Notes: generated by a model from the sequence alone, not told the origin. Counted from the first letter of the stretch, positions 21,058 to 30,970 are shown. The stretch is 64,000 bases of DNA from an uncultured Chloroflexia bacterium (GCA_963704115.1 CAVPGY010000007.1:48658-112657); one strand, 5' to 3'. A program made the numbers and translations.

Positions 21058-22155
21058 CTACGTTGCGGAGGCGTCGACGCCGCCATCCGCAGCCGGGCGT
21101 CGCAGCTCGCGCACCGTGACGATGATGAAGGTGAGCACCGTGAGCGGGATGACGAAGAAGAGCATGACGGCGCTGAACGGCCCGACGGCTCGATGCCCCG
21201 TCGCGTCGAGCACGAGGTAGGCCGTGTAGGCCAGCGCGTAGCCGATGAAGACCGCGCCCTCCCATCGCTCGATGCGGTGGCCACGGAAGAAGATCGGCAG
21301 GCAGGCGATCGCCACGGCGAGCATCACAGGCAGGTCGAGGCGCAGGATGGCATCGGCCACCGGGACGCCGTCCGGGGCAATGATCATCGCGAAGCCGGCG
21401 ATGGCCAGGATGTTCATGATGTTGCTGCCGACGATGTTCCCGACCGCGATCTCGCGCTCACCACGGATGGCCGCCACGACCGAGGTGGCGAGCTCCGGCA
21501 TCGAGGTTCCGAGCGCGACGATCGTCAGGCCGATCACCAGCCGATCCACCCCCAGCGACTCGGCGATCTCGACCGCGCCGTCCACCAGTCGATCGGCCCC
21601 GATGACGAGCAGCGCGAGGCCGCCGGCGAGCAGCAGCACGTTCAGGATCACCGCGCCGCGACCCAGGGCGCGGGCGTGGTACTCGAGCTCGAACTCGTCG
21701 TCGTCGCTCCCCTGCCGGCGGCTCCAGAAGACGGTGGCCGCCAGGTAGCCGGCAAGGGCGAGCATGAGGACGATCCCCTCGACGCGAGTCAGGCTGCCAT
21801 CGGCGGCGAACAGCAGCAGGCCCAGCGAGGCCCCGATCATCACCGGTACGTCCCACTGGACGAGCTTGCGCTGGACGACCAGCGGCACGATGAGCGCCGA
21901 CAGCCCGAGGACCAGCAGCACGTTGTAGATGTTGCTGCCGACGATGTTGCCGGTCACGAAGTCCGGCTCGCCGCGAATGGCGGCGCCGATGGCCACGGCC
22001 AGCTCCGGCGAGCTGGTTCCGAACGCAACGATCGTCAGGCCGACCACGACCGGCGGGATGCGCGCCCACTCCGCCAGCCGCGAGGCGGCGCGCACCACGA
22101 GCTCGCCGCCGGCGACGAGCAGCACGAGGCCGAGAACGATGAGCACGATGGGCAT
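21058..22155 (-). CDS. Calcium/sodium antiporter (CaCA family, YrbG-like)
   Basis: Two alpha-repeats GLTIVAFGTSSPEL / GLTIVALGTSMPEL and GNIVGSNI; ATG at 22155. Confidence 0.9.
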   Translation of the reverse strand: MPIVLIVLGLVLLVAGGELVVRAASRLAEWARIPPVVVGLTIVAFGTSSPELAVAIGAAIRGEPDFVTGNIVGSNIYNVLLVLGLSALIVPLVVQRKLVQWDVPVMIGASLGLLLFAADGSLTRVEGIVLMLALAGYLAATVFWSRRQGSDDDEFELEYHARALGRGAVILNVLLLAGGLALLVIGADRLVDGAVEIAESLGVDRLVIGLTIVALGTSMPELATSVVAAIRGEREIAVGNIVGSNIMNILAIAGFAMIIAPDGVPVADAILRLDLPVMLAVAIACLPIFFRGHRIERWEGAVFIGYALAYTAYLVLDATGHRAVGPFSAVMLFFVIPLTVLTFIIVTVRELRRPAADGGVDASAT

Positions 22156-22219
22156 GGGCGGCCCATCGTACCGGTCATCCGGGTTGGGCGCCGGAGCGGC
22201 GCCGCGGTAAGGTGGACGC

Positions 22220-22885
22220 ATGCCGAGGGCAAAGCGCCCGGCCACGGCCGGCGATCCCGACAAGCTCGAGCGCCAGGCGGCGGGCACGTACCGAACGTCC
22301 GACGAGCGGTTCGAAGTCCGCGGCGGCTCTGCGGAGGGCTGGTTCCTGGTCGACTCCGAGCAGACCAACGACTTCGGCCAGGCGCTCATCCAGGGACCGT
22401 TCGCCACGCTCGCCGATGTGCGCGCTGCGATCCCGTCGGCCCGCTCGACGAAGATCACCCCGATCCGTCCGCCGGCCACGCCGACCCGCCGCGCGAAGCG
22501 GCCGGCGGCCGCGAAACCCGCGCTGCCGAGCTGGATCGATCAGCTGCCGGCCAACGACGCGACCGCGGTCCGTCGCCTCATCCGCGCGCTCGAGGCCGAG
22601 GGAATCGGCGACGCCGAGGCCCTCGTACGGCGCGACCGGGACGGGATCGGTCCCGCGATCGCAACCCGGATCATCGAGCGGCGGCTGGAGGTCATCGTCG
22701 AGGAGCTCCCCGAGCGGGGGCGGACGGGGGCACGCGAGCTGATCCGCCGGGCGGCCGAGGTGCTCACCGCCGAGGGAACCGCGATGGCGCGGGGCGTGCC
22801 CGGCTGGTCGCTCGTCGAGATCGGCCCCGAGCCGGAGCCGACGAACCGGCGCATCACGATCCGCGAGCTGTCCGGAGGCAGCTGA
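22220..22885 (+). CDS. Hypothetical protein
   Basis: 221-aa ORF filling the gap and co-oriented with the GNAT; no family recognised. Confidence 0.6.
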   Translation: MPRAKRPATAGDPDKLERQAAGTYRTSDERFEVRGGSAEGWFLVDSEQTNDFGQALIQGPFATLADVRAAIPSARSTKITPIRPPATPTRRAKRPAAAKPALPSWIDQLPANDATAVRRLIRALEAEGIGDAEALVRRDRDGIGPAIATRIIERRLEVIVEELPERGRTGARELIRRAAEVLTAEGTAMARGVPGWSLVEIGPEPEPTNRRITIRELSGGS

Positions 22886-22894
22886 CAGGCCGGC

Positions 22895-23518
22895 ATGGTC
22901 CACCCGCAGCTGAAGCGCGCGAGCGAGGCGGAGATTCCGGAGATGGCCGGCGTCCTGGCCCGGGCGTTCGCCCACGACCCCTTCTTCGGCTGGCTCGCGG
23001 GCGACGCGCCGGAGCGCAACATGCGGATGCGCCTGGGATGGGCGGGCATCCTGCGTCACGCCTCGGCCGGCCTGCGCGAGACCTGGCTGACGGACGACGT
23101 GGCCGGCGTGGCGATCTGGCTGCCGCCCGGAAGCAAGGCCTCCTCGTTCCTCGACTCCCTGCGGATGGTCCCCGCCCTCGCGCGCCTCACCGGCTGGCGC
23201 CGTCTGCGAGAGGTGTCGGCGGCCACGGAGCTCCTGGAGGAGCGCCGGCGGACCCACGTTCCCGCGCCGCACTGGTACCTCGCGGCCCTCGGCGTCGACC
23301 CCGATCGGCAGCGGCAGGGCATCGGCGCCGCGCTGCTTCGCCTCGTCCTCGACCGGGCCGATGCGGACCGAACGCCGGCGTATCTCGAGACCGCGACCGC
23401 GCGCAACGTGCTGCTCTACGAGCGCCACGGGTTCGACGTGGTCGAGGAGCTGATCCTCCCGCGCACCGACATCCGCGGCTGGCTCATGCTCCGCCCGCCG
23501 TCGGGTCACCGCGGCTGA
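22895..23518 (+). CDS. GNAT N-acetyltransferase
   Basis: HWYLAALGVDPDRQRQGIGAALL, AYLETATARNVLLYERHGF. Confidence 0.88.
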   Translation: MVHPQLKRASEAEIPEMAGVLARAFAHDPFFGWLAGDAPERNMRMRLGWAGILRHASAGLRETWLTDDVAGVAIWLPPGSKASSFLDSLRMVPALARLTGWRRLREVSAATELLEERRRTHVPAPHWYLAALGVDPDRQRQGIGAALLRLVLDRADADRTPAYLETATARNVLLYERHGFDVVEELILPRTDIRGWLMLRPPSGHRG

Positions 23519-23588
23519 GTCGGATCGCGCTGACGGTGTCGGCTCACGCCGCATCCTCCGCTCACCTGACGCCGGGCCTTGCGCATCG

Positions 23589-23604
23589 GTAAACGATCCT
23601 TTAC
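23589..23604. promoter_or_regulatory. Candidate ArsR operator upstream of the SRPBCC-ArsR operon
   Basis: AT-rich palindrome GTAAA-N6-TTTAC about 33 bp upstream of the operon start. Confidence 0.35.
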
Positions 23605-23636
23605 GGTAAGCGTTCATCGACCGAAAGGAGGCACGC

Positions 23637-24056
23637 GTGCGAGCATTCGAGGCCACGACCCTGATCGACGCCCCGGCGGAGCGCGTCTGGAGCATCCTCA
23701 CCGACGGTGCCGCCTACCCAACCTGGGACTCGGGTGTCACGCGCGTGGAGGGCCGCATCGCCGACGGTGAGCGGATCACCGTCCACGCCGAGGTGAGCCC
23801 CGGGCGCGCGTTCCCCGTCCTCGTCGCTATGGGGCCACCGGACGGCATGACCTGGACCGGCGGCATGCCGCTCGGCCTGTTCACCGGCACCCGGACCTTC
23901 CGGACCGCGTCGAGTGGGGGCGGCGGCACGTCGCTCACGATGCGCGAGGCATACACCGGACCGCTGGCGGGGCTCATGTTCCGCCAGATCCCCGACCTCG
24001 CGCCCTCGTTCGAGCGGTTCGTCAACGGAGTGAAGCAGCGTGCCGAGGCCGGCTGA
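23637..24056 (+). CDS. SRPBCC (polyketide cyclase/dehydrase-like) protein
   Basis: IDAPAERVWSILTD...W; GGMPLGLFTGTRTF; AAAGGAGG RBS before GTG. Confidence 0.85.
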   Translation: MRAFEATTLIDAPAERVWSILTDGAAYPTWDSGVTRVEGRIADGERITVHAEVSPGRAFPVLVAMGPPDGMTWTGGMPLGLFTGTRTFRTASSGGGGTSLTMREAYTGPLAGLMFRQIPDLAPSFERFVNGVKQRAEAG

Positions 24057-24381
24057 GGAGCGGCCGGTCGCGGCCATCGGCGACCCGTTCGGGGCACTCG
24101 GCGACCCGCATCGGCGGACCATCCTCGCGCTGCTGCGCGAGCGACCACGCGCCGTGGGCGAGATCGCGGCCGAGCTCCCGGTCAGCCGACCCGCCGTCTC
24201 CTGGCACCTCCGCCTCCTCCGCGAGGCCGGGCTCGTCGAGGAGGAACGGGTCGGAACACGGCGCATCTACGCCCTGCGCAAGGAGGGGCTTGACGCGGTC
24301 GCCCGCTACCTGGAGGAGGTCTGGGGCACGGCATCGACGCGCTTCCGCCTCGTCGCGGAGAACACGAGGCCGCGCCGATGA
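24040..24381 (+). CDS. ArsR/SmtB family regulator
   Basis: FGALGDPHRRTIL, VSRPAVSWHLRLLREAGLV, GTRRIY; start uncertain. Confidence 0.85.
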   Translation: MPRPAEERPVAAIGDPFGALGDPHRRTILALLRERPRAVGEIAAELPVSRPAVSWHLRLLREAGLVEEERVGTRRIYALRKEGLDAVARYLEEVWGTASTRFRLVAENTRPRR

Positions 24382-24857
24382 CCGACATCCCGATCGAGCC
24401 GCTCCGGCTCGCGTTCGAGGTCGACTGCGCGCCCGATCACGCCTTCATGGTCTGGACCGAGCGCATCGGCACCTGGTGGCCATCCGATCACACCGCGTCG
24501 GGCGAACCCGACCTGCGGGTGGTGCTCGAGGGACGGGTGGGCGGTCGGATCTTCGAGCGTACCGCATCAGGCACGGAGCACGACTGGGGCGAGGTCGTTG
24601 CCTGGGAGCCACCGCGACGGTTCGTCTATCTCTGGCACCTGCGCCGCGATCGCGCCGATGCGACCGAGGTCGAGATCCGCTTCCAACCGTCCGGCTCCGC
24701 GACCCGGGTCGAGATCGAGCATCGCGGCTGGGAGCGGCTCGGCGCAGATGGCCGCACGTGGCGCGACCGCAACTTCGGCGGCTGGAGCACGCTCTTGCCG
24801 CACTACGTCGAGGCCGCCGGCGGCGGCACCACACCCACAGGGGAGGCTCACGCATGA
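24378..24857 (+). CDS. SRPBCC/AHSA1-like domain protein
   Basis: AFMVWTERIGTWWP, WGEVVAWEPPRRF, TRVEIEHRGWE. Confidence 0.85.
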   Translation: MTDIPIEPLRLAFEVDCAPDHAFMVWTERIGTWWPSDHTASGEPDLRVVLEGRVGGRIFERTASGTEHDWGEVVAWEPPRRFVYLWHLRRDRADATEVEIRFQPSGSATRVEIEHRGWERLGADGRTWRDRNFGGWSTLLPHYVEAAGGGTTPTGEAHA

Positions 24858-25270
24858 CCAGCGAGGCTCGCGGCACCGGCACGAAGGATGATCCCTGGCA
24901 GCTCACCACCGCACCGGGCAGCAGCGACTACACGATGTACCGCGACGATTCGGCCGACCCGCCGGCGCTCGTGTGCCAGGTCGGCTCGACGACACTCAAG
25001 TACCACCTGGCCGCGATCGACGACCTCCACGCCTGGCTCAAGGCGCAGGGCGACTGGGTGCCTCTCGGGGCCGCCGACGAGAGCAAGGAGGCCGCGCCCG
25101 GGACCGTCGAGGCCTGGGGCCGTGATCCCGCGAACCCTGTCGGCGGCTGGTACGGGCTGCGGAAGGGGTATCGCGGGCGGTTCGGCATGTACCTGCCCCC
25201 ACTCCTGGAGGCGCTCGGGCTCGTGGAGCTCGAGCACAACCCCCGCAACAACCGGGTGCGGGCTCGCTGA
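24854..25270 (+). CDS. Conserved hypothetical protein (DUF6855-like)
   Basis: GTKDDPW, CQVGSTTLKY, NPVGGWYGLRKGYRGRFGMY; ATGA-coupled; family name from recall. Confidence 0.7.
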   Translation: MTSEARGTGTKDDPWQLTTAPGSSDYTMYRDDSADPPALVCQVGSTTLKYHLAAIDDLHAWLKAQGDWVPLGAADESKEAAPGTVEAWGRDPANPVGGWYGLRKGYRGRFGMYLPPLLEALGLVELEHNPRNNRVRAR

Positions 25271-25404
25271 CCTGATGAAGGTCGCCCGGAAAGCGGCCAA
25301 CCTCTTGACAGGTACTGCCCGACCACAGCACTTCAGCAGGACTTTCGTGTCATCGGTGCCGGCGTGGCCCGGTGCTACGGTCGTGGCGGACGAGCGTCCA
25401 CACC

Positions 25405-25779
25405 ATGATCAAGCGAACAGCACTCACCGTTGTGGCGTCCCTGGCTGGCATCCCGCTCGCGCGTCGTCGGTCTCGCCACGGCCCGCCGGAGGCAGCGGTG
25501 GCCGAGCTCACCCTTGTGAGCGGCGCACGGTCAAGCTCGGCCCTCGAGTCGAGCGTCTCGAACCCGGACGAGAGCCCATTCCCCTCCGTGCGGCCACTGC
25601 CGCCGATGCGTGAGCTGATCCCGCCCGTCAACCCCGCGCTCCTCGACGACGACGGGCGGGACGAGGGCGATGAGCGCCGAGCATCGGGGGAGGAAGGGAT
25701 CCCGCGCTGGTTGCGGCCTTCGGTTCGCGCGGCGCGATTCGCCAACGACCGCGACCACCGCCGCAGCGACTGGGGCTGA
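25405..25779 (+). CDS. Hypothetical protein
   Basis: ORF fills the intergenic space; Pro/Arg-rich, ends PRWLRPSVRAAR; weak support. Confidence 0.4.
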   Translation: MIKRTALTVVASLAGIPLARRRSRHGPPEAAVAELTLVSGARSSSALESSVSNPDESPFPSVRPLPPMRELIPPVNPALLDDDGRDEGDERRASGEEGIPRWLRPSVRAARFANDRDHRRSDWG

Positions 25780-25785
25780 GCGGCC

Positions 25786-26712
25786 TCAGAGCGCCTCGCG
25801 CACCTCACCCAGGCGCCGGATCGTCTCCAGGTCCCACGGCGGGCGCAGCACCCACATCGCGTGACCGATCCCGGCTGCCGCATACTCCCGCAGGGTCGTC
25901 GCCACCTCCGCGGGTGATCCGGCCGCATCGAGGTCCCGCTCGTCACCCTGGGGCGTGTTGTGGTCCAGCACGGCGGCGAACGCCGCCTCGGCGGACGCCC
26001 GGTCGGCACGCACGACGACGTTGAGCGTGACGGTCCAGGTCAGCTCTGCGGGATCGCGGCCGATGGCCACGCAGGCCTCGCCGAGCACCGCCCCGTTCGC
26101 ACGGATCACGTCGGGCGTGCCGTAGGCATTCCACAGGTCGGCGTGGCGGGCGACGAGCGGAAGGGTGCGCCTGGGGCCGGACCCCCCGATGAGCAGCGGG
26201 AGCGGCCGCTGGATCGGCGTCGGTGCGCAGACGGCATCGGTCAGGTGGTAGAAGCGCCCCTCGTGCGTGACGATCTCTCCGGCGAGCAGGCGCCGCAGCA
26301 GCTCCACGGCCTCCCCCAGCCGCTCGATCCGCTGACCCGCCGAGGCACCGAAGTCGAGGCCGAATGCCCGATGCTCCGCCTCGAACCAGCCGGCGCCCAT
26401 GCCCAGCACCGCCCTGCCGCCCGACACGTGGTCCAGTGTGGCGGCCATCTTCGCAAGCAGCCCGGGACTCCGGAACGTGTTGGCGGTGACGAGGTGGCCG
26501 ATCGTCGCTCGCTCCGTGATCGCCGCGGCGGCGGCCGCCACGGTCCAGCCCTCCAGCTTCGGGTCCGTTGGGACGCCCTCGTCGGCCAGCAGGTGATCGT
26601 CGAACCAGAGGGAGTCGAAGCCGGCATCGTCGGCGACTGTGATCGCCTCGCGAAGCGACGGCCAATCGGTGTCGTTGAGCCAGAATGCGGCGCCGAGCTT
26701 CACGCGGGCCAT
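25786..26712 (-). CDS. LLM class flavin/F420-dependent oxidoreductase
   Basis: AGFDSLWFDDH, GHLVTANTFRSPGLLAKMAATLDHVSGGRAVLGMGAGW, LLIGGSG; ATG at 26712. Confidence 0.88.
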   Translation of the reverse strand: MARVKLGAAFWLNDTDWPSLREAITVADDAGFDSLWFDDHLLADEGVPTDPKLEGWTVAAAAAAITERATIGHLVTANTFRSPGLLAKMAATLDHVSGGRAVLGMGAGWFEAEHRAFGLDFGASAGQRIERLGEAVELLRRLLAGEIVTHEGRFYHLTDAVCAPTPIQRPLPLLIGGSGPRRTLPLVARHADLWNAYGTPDVIRANGAVLGEACVAIGRDPAELTWTVTLNVVVRADRASAEAAFAAVLDHNTPQGDERDLDAAGSPAEVATTLREYAAAGIGHAMWVLRPPWDLETIRRLGEVREAL

Positions 26713-26741
26713 CGTAGCGTGCTCGTTCGCCCCGGCAGGGC

Positions 26742-26807
26742 CATGTGACCTATGTCCCGGCGGGGCGGGGGGTGCCTCGGCCCCCACATGGGTCCTTAGG
26801 TCACATG
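26742..26807. promoter_or_regulatory. Inverted pair of candidate regulator boxes in a divergent promoter region
   Basis: CATGTGACCTA (26742-52) and TAGGTCACATG (26797-807) form a perfect 11-bp inverted repeat; boxes resemble GGGAC-N4-GTCCC. Confidence 0.45.
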
Positions 26808-26898
26808 TGCTCGCGCGCCGGACCGTGGAGAGTGGACCTGGGTGATGAACCCAGGAAATCAGCAAGAACATCCACTCACACGAGAGGGAGTCAGAGAA

Positions 26899-27588
26899 AT
26901 GATCGGTCGGCTTCGGGGACTCGGCATCGTCCTCGGCATCATCGGATTCGCATTCGTCATCGTTGGGGCGTATGCGTTCTTCAAGGTTCAGGAAGGGACC
27001 GCCTCCCTGAACGCCTTCAGCGAGGCCCAGGGGGTCGAGCTCGCCTACAACGAAGATGGTCAGCTGACTGACCGCGGCACGGTCGAAGGTGCGGAGCCGA
27101 TCATGGCCCTGCTGACCGACGACTGGGGCTATCCCGTCGCGAACGCCGAGCTCGACCCCAACGATCCGCTCGTCAACACGGGCAGCGAGTACATGTACCA
27201 GATGGCAGTCATCTCGTACCACACGCTCCACGGCGAGACGACCGTCGTCCTGCCCGAGGACGTCGAATACAACGGCGAGGTCTTCGAGGCGGGCGAGTAC
27301 GCCTTCGTCAACGATGGGCGCTACTGGACCGACTTCGACCGCATGCACCCGATCGAGGGCGCGGCCCGCGGTCAGATCTGGACCGGCACGGCGCACGCCC
27401 TGGTCGGTGAGCTCGGCGTCGGGACCGTCACGGCCCAGGCGCTGACCTTGGGACTGGCGCTCGCGGGAATCGCCGGCGGACTCGGCGGAACCCTGATCAT
27501 CACCGGCGCCGGCCTGGTCTGGGCGACCCGCGGAGCCGAGGAGAAGGTCACCGTTCGCGAGCCGAGTGCGGCGCGCGTGAGCATCTGA
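26899..27588 (+). CDS. Membrane protein with two TM regions and an acidic extracytoplasmic loop
   Basis: GAGGGAG RBS; N- and C-terminal hydrophobic helices; D/E-rich middle. Confidence 0.75.
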   Translation: MIGRLRGLGIVLGIIGFAFVIVGAYAFFKVQEGTASLNAFSEAQGVELAYNEDGQLTDRGTVEGAEPIMALLTDDWGYPVANAELDPNDPLVNTGSEYMYQMAVISYHTLHGETTVVLPEDVEYNGEVFEAGEYAFVNDGRYWTDFDRMHPIEGAARGQIWTGTAHALVGELGVGTVTAQALTLGLALAGIAGGLGGTLIITGAGLVWATRGAEEKVTVREPSAARVSI

Positions 27589-27602
27589 CCCACCCTGACC
27601 AA

Positions 27603-27681
27603 CCGGTCCCAAGGGACCGGGCCTCCGGAGCCCGCTCCCGGCGAGTGGTCCAAGAAGGACACTCCCCGACGAGCGGGCTCC
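27603..27681. terminator. Two hairpins between convergent genes (probable bidirectional terminator)
   Basis: ccggtccc-aa-gggaccgg (27603-20) and ggagcccgctc...gagcgggctcc (27627-81). Confidence 0.55.
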
Positions 27682-27696
27682 TTCCTGTCCGCGGGG

Positions 27697-29289
27697 TCAG
27701 CGCAGGGCGGCAGCGATCGCGCGGCGGGCAGCCTCCGCACGATCCAGGGAGCCGAAGGCGTCGCGCACGATCGCTTCGCGGACCGACTGCTCCACGCGCG
27801 CGCTGATGCGACCGGCCACCCGCCGGCCGACCCATGACGCGTGAATCCCCAGCAGCCATCCCAGGAGCGCCGACGCCACGAGCGCGGCGGTGAGCAGCGC
27901 CAGGGGGATCGGGAGCGGTCCCAGGACCGGGACCTCGAAGGCGGCCACGGGCACGCTGCCGCCTGCGACGAAGAGCGTCACCAGCCAGGCGATCGCGAAC
28001 AGGAGGATCGCGCCGGCCACGAGCTGCAGTGCCCCGATCGCCGGCCAGACTGGCGACCCCGGCACCTCGACCGAGGTCGCCTCCGCATGTGTGGCCCGGT
28101 CCAGGACGCGCTCGAGGTCCCGCTCGATCGAGGGCGCGCCGAGCGTCTCGAGCACCCGGCCACGGCTTTCGGGCGGAGCGGCGCTCGCGGCCTCGACCAT
28201 GGCCTGGCGCACCGGATTGAGGACGCGGCCCAGCGCACCGCGGCTCCGCCAGTCGTCGAGGTAGGCGCCGGGGTCCGCCCGGCGCCGCCGGCCGCCGGTG
28301 AGCGACGCGACCAGCGCGATCACGCGACCCAGGAACGAGCCGCCGCCGACGCGGGCGCGGTGCAGCACCGCCGTGCTGACCTGGGCCGCCACACCGGCCG
28401 GGTCCACCAGCGTCAACGCCCCACCGATCGCCGCCCGGATCATCTCCTCGCGCCGCTCCCCGGTCAGCATCGGCGCATAGCCGACCGCTGGGTCGATGCC
28501 GGCCGCCCGGGCGAGCGCGCCCGCCGCGGCGGCGCGATCTGCCTCCAGCTTGGCGGTGATGATCACCTTGGCATGGGCCGCGTCCGCGAGCTCGGCGCGC
28601 AGGCGGTCGATCCCGTACCCCTCCAGCGCCGAGACCACGTTGATCACGGGGCGGTCGATGGCATCCGCCACCAGACGTGCCCGGAGGTCCTCGGTGATCT
28701 GCGAGCCCTCCTCCGCCGTCAGGCGATCCGCCTTGTTGAGGATGAAACGCAGACGGTCGGCGTGCGGCGCCAGGGCACGCCAGTAAAGGTGCACGCGGGC
28801 ATCGTCATACTTCTCCGGATCCACCACCCATGTGACCGCATCGATCCGCGGCAACAGCACGTCGACCATGGCGCGGTGGTCGCCGCGCACCGAGTCGACA
28901 TCCGGCAGGTCGAGGATGGCGACGTCGGCCAGCTGGGCATGGGCATGGCCGATCACCGTCTCGACCTTGAGCCACTCGAGCAACGGCTCGAGCTCCGCGC
29001 GACGATGCTCGGCCACCCACGCCACCGGGCGGTCCGTGGTCGGCCGCACGGGTCGCACATCGCTGACCACCGACCCGGCGAGTGCGTTGAGGACCGAAGA
29101 CTTCCCGACCCCGGTGCCGCCCGCCAGCGCCATCACGTAGACGGATCCCCCGAAGCCTGACCGCCGCCCGATCCGCCGAGCGACGGCGCGAGCCTCGGCG
29201 GCCTCCTCCTCGAGGCCGATCGTGCGCGCCGCGTCCACCGCCTCTCGGAGGCGAGCGAGCCGCTCGTCGAGGGGTCCGCTCTCGCTCAT
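27697..29289 (-). CDS. Dynamin-like/YfjP-type GTPase with C-terminal TM pair
   Basis: G1 GGTGVGKSS, G3 DLPD, G4 NKAD; two C-terminal TM helices. Confidence 0.8.
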   Translation of the reverse strand: MSESGPLDERLARLREAVDAARTIGLEEEAAEARAVARRIGRRSGFGGSVYVMALAGGTGVGKSSVLNALAGSVVSDVRPVRPTTDRPVAWVAEHRRAELEPLLEWLKVETVIGHAHAQLADVAILDLPDVDSVRGDHRAMVDVLLPRIDAVTWVVDPEKYDDARVHLYWRALAPHADRLRFILNKADRLTAEEGSQITEDLRARLVADAIDRPVINVVSALEGYGIDRLRAELADAAHAKVIITAKLEADRAAAAGALARAAGIDPAVGYAPMLTGERREEMIRAAIGGALTLVDPAGVAAQVSTAVLHRARVGGGSFLGRVIALVASLTGGRRRRADPGAYLDDWRSRGALGRVLNPVRQAMVEAASAAPPESRGRVLETLGAPSIERDLERVLDRATHAEATSVEVPGSPVWPAIGALQLVAGAILLFAIAWLVTLFVAGGSVPVAAFEVPVLGPLPIPLALLTAALVASALLGWLLGIHASWVGRRVAGRISARVEQSVREAIVRDAFGSLDRAEAARRAIAAALR

Positions 29290-30968
29290 GACGGCACCTG
29301 CTCGGCGACCCGGCCGGCGGCCTCTCGCAGCTCCATCGCGAGGGCCGGATCCCCGGTGCTGCCGAGCGCTGCGGCGTAGCGCGCGCGCTCATCGGCGAAC
29401 GCCGCGTCGAGGACCGTTGCGAGGTCGTCTCGCGCCCGGCCCACGAAGGCGGCCACGTTCGCCTCGCCGAAGATCGCCTCGAGGAGCTTCTGGTTGACGA
29501 CGGCGGTGGCGGCGGTGATGCCGACCTCGGTGCCGGTCAGGCCCCCGGTGTGGACGAACACCGCCAGCACGGCGCTCGTGCCGATGGCGTTGACCCCGAC
29601 GCTGGCCGCTTGCGCCCAGCCCTTGCGCTGCGCGCCCATCTGTCGGATCCGCTGGCCGATGTCGCGGGCCCATTCCTCGAGGGCATCGGTCAGGCGCTGG
29701 GCGAGTTCCGGGGACGCGCGCCACAGCGACTGGTCGCCGGCGAGGGCCAGCGCGCCGTAGGTGTCGCCGGACCAGCCGGTTGCGACCCGTTGGGCGGCGG
29801 TATCGGCGTGCTGCACCGCCAGCGCCACGAGGTCGGCGAATGCCGCCTCACGCACCTCGGTCGCAGGCGCGGCCGGACCGGGCTGCACCAGGCTGCGCAG
29901 GGTGGCCGCCACCTTCCCGATCCCCTGCGCCAGGAAACGGGCCACCTGCCCGGCGCCGATGAAGTCCTGCCACTGGCGGAGGACCTCGGCGCGCAGGAAG
30001 GTCCCGCGCTTCAGCTCATCGGTCAGCGCCGCCCGGGCGGAGCCATAGGCGCGGTCGGCCGCTGCTCGAAGCTCCGCCACGGCCGCTTGCTCCTCGTCGA
30101 TCTGCCCGGCGATGACTTCGACCGCCTCGGGCACGCCCGACAGCGCCCCGGCAAGCCCGCGCCGCGCCAGCTCGATCCGCGCGTCCCTGGAGGCCACCAG
30201 CCGGTCGAGCGCATCGCGGACCGGCGCCACGGCCTGCTCGTCGAGAGCGTCGCGCTCCTCGTCGAGCGCCCCCTCCCGGACCGCCACCACCTCGAGCTCG
30301 CCCATGGCGGCCTGATCGACCAGGCCACTGCGCTGGAGGAGCTCACGGTAATCGTGGATGACCGCACCGGCGTCGTCAGCCTCGGGCGGCAGCCGGTTCA
30401 GGACGGCGAGAAGCGGCACGCCGCGCTGGCGGGCACGGCCGAGCACCTCCCACGGAACCTGGTCGGCGTAGCGCGTGGCGGTGGTCACGAAGATGACGAG
30501 GTCGGCGACTTCGAGCAGGCCGAGGGCCCGTTCCCGGTTCTCGGCCTCGACGCTGTCGAAGTCGGGCGCGTCGACGATCACCAGGCCCCGGCGGGCGTTG
30601 CCGTCGGGTCGGACCTCCAGGCCCGTGTGCTCGGCCACGTTCGCTATCCGGCCGCCGTCGTCGTTCGGATGGATCACCGCGATCGGGCGCCTGGTTGTCG
30701 GCCGCAGCACGCCGGACGGGCTCACCGGTGCGCCCGCGAGCGCGTTGAGCAGGCTCGACTTGCCACTCCCGGTCGAGCCCAGGATGACGACGAGCAGCGG
30801 CGCAGCGAGGTTCGACGCACGCGGCAGGAGGTACCCGGCGACGTGGTGCCACAGCGCGTCGGCGCGGGCCTCGCGCTCCTCGCCGGGTGCGCTGGCGATC
30901 CGCCGTGCGAGCGCGTTGGCGAGGCTCGCCAGCGGGTCGGCCGCTGGTCCTCGCTGGTCGTCGTTCAT
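29286..30968 (-). CDS. Dynamin-like GTPase
   Basis: G1 GSTGSGKSS, G2 PTT, G3 DAPDFDS, TATRYAD; helical stalk; hydrophobic hairpin; ATGA overlap with partner. Confidence 0.8.
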   Translation of the reverse strand: MNDDQRGPAADPLASLANALARRIASAPGEEREARADALWHHVAGYLLPRASNLAAPLLVVILGSTGSGKSSLLNALAGAPVSPSGVLRPTTRRPIAVIHPNDDGGRIANVAEHTGLEVRPDGNARRGLVIVDAPDFDSVEAENRERALGLLEVADLVIFVTTATRYADQVPWEVLGRARQRGVPLLAVLNRLPPEADDAGAVIHDYRELLQRSGLVDQAAMGELEVVAVREGALDEERDALDEQAVAPVRDALDRLVASRDARIELARRGLAGALSGVPEAVEVIAGQIDEEQAAVAELRAAADRAYGSARAALTDELKRGTFLRAEVLRQWQDFIGAGQVARFLAQGIGKVAATLRSLVQPGPAAPATEVREAAFADLVALAVQHADTAAQRVATGWSGDTYGALALAGDQSLWRASPELAQRLTDALEEWARDIGQRIRQMGAQRKGWAQAASVGVNAIGTSAVLAVFVHTGGLTGTEVGITAATAVVNQKLLEAIFGEANVAAFVGRARDDLATVLDAAFADERARYAAALGSTGDPALAMELREAAGRVAEQVPS

Positions 30969-30970
30969 GG

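Noticed and set aside
20416-23592. 1058-aa plus-strand ORF
   Set aside because: Arg/Gly-rich alternative-frame product overlapping four well-supported genes.
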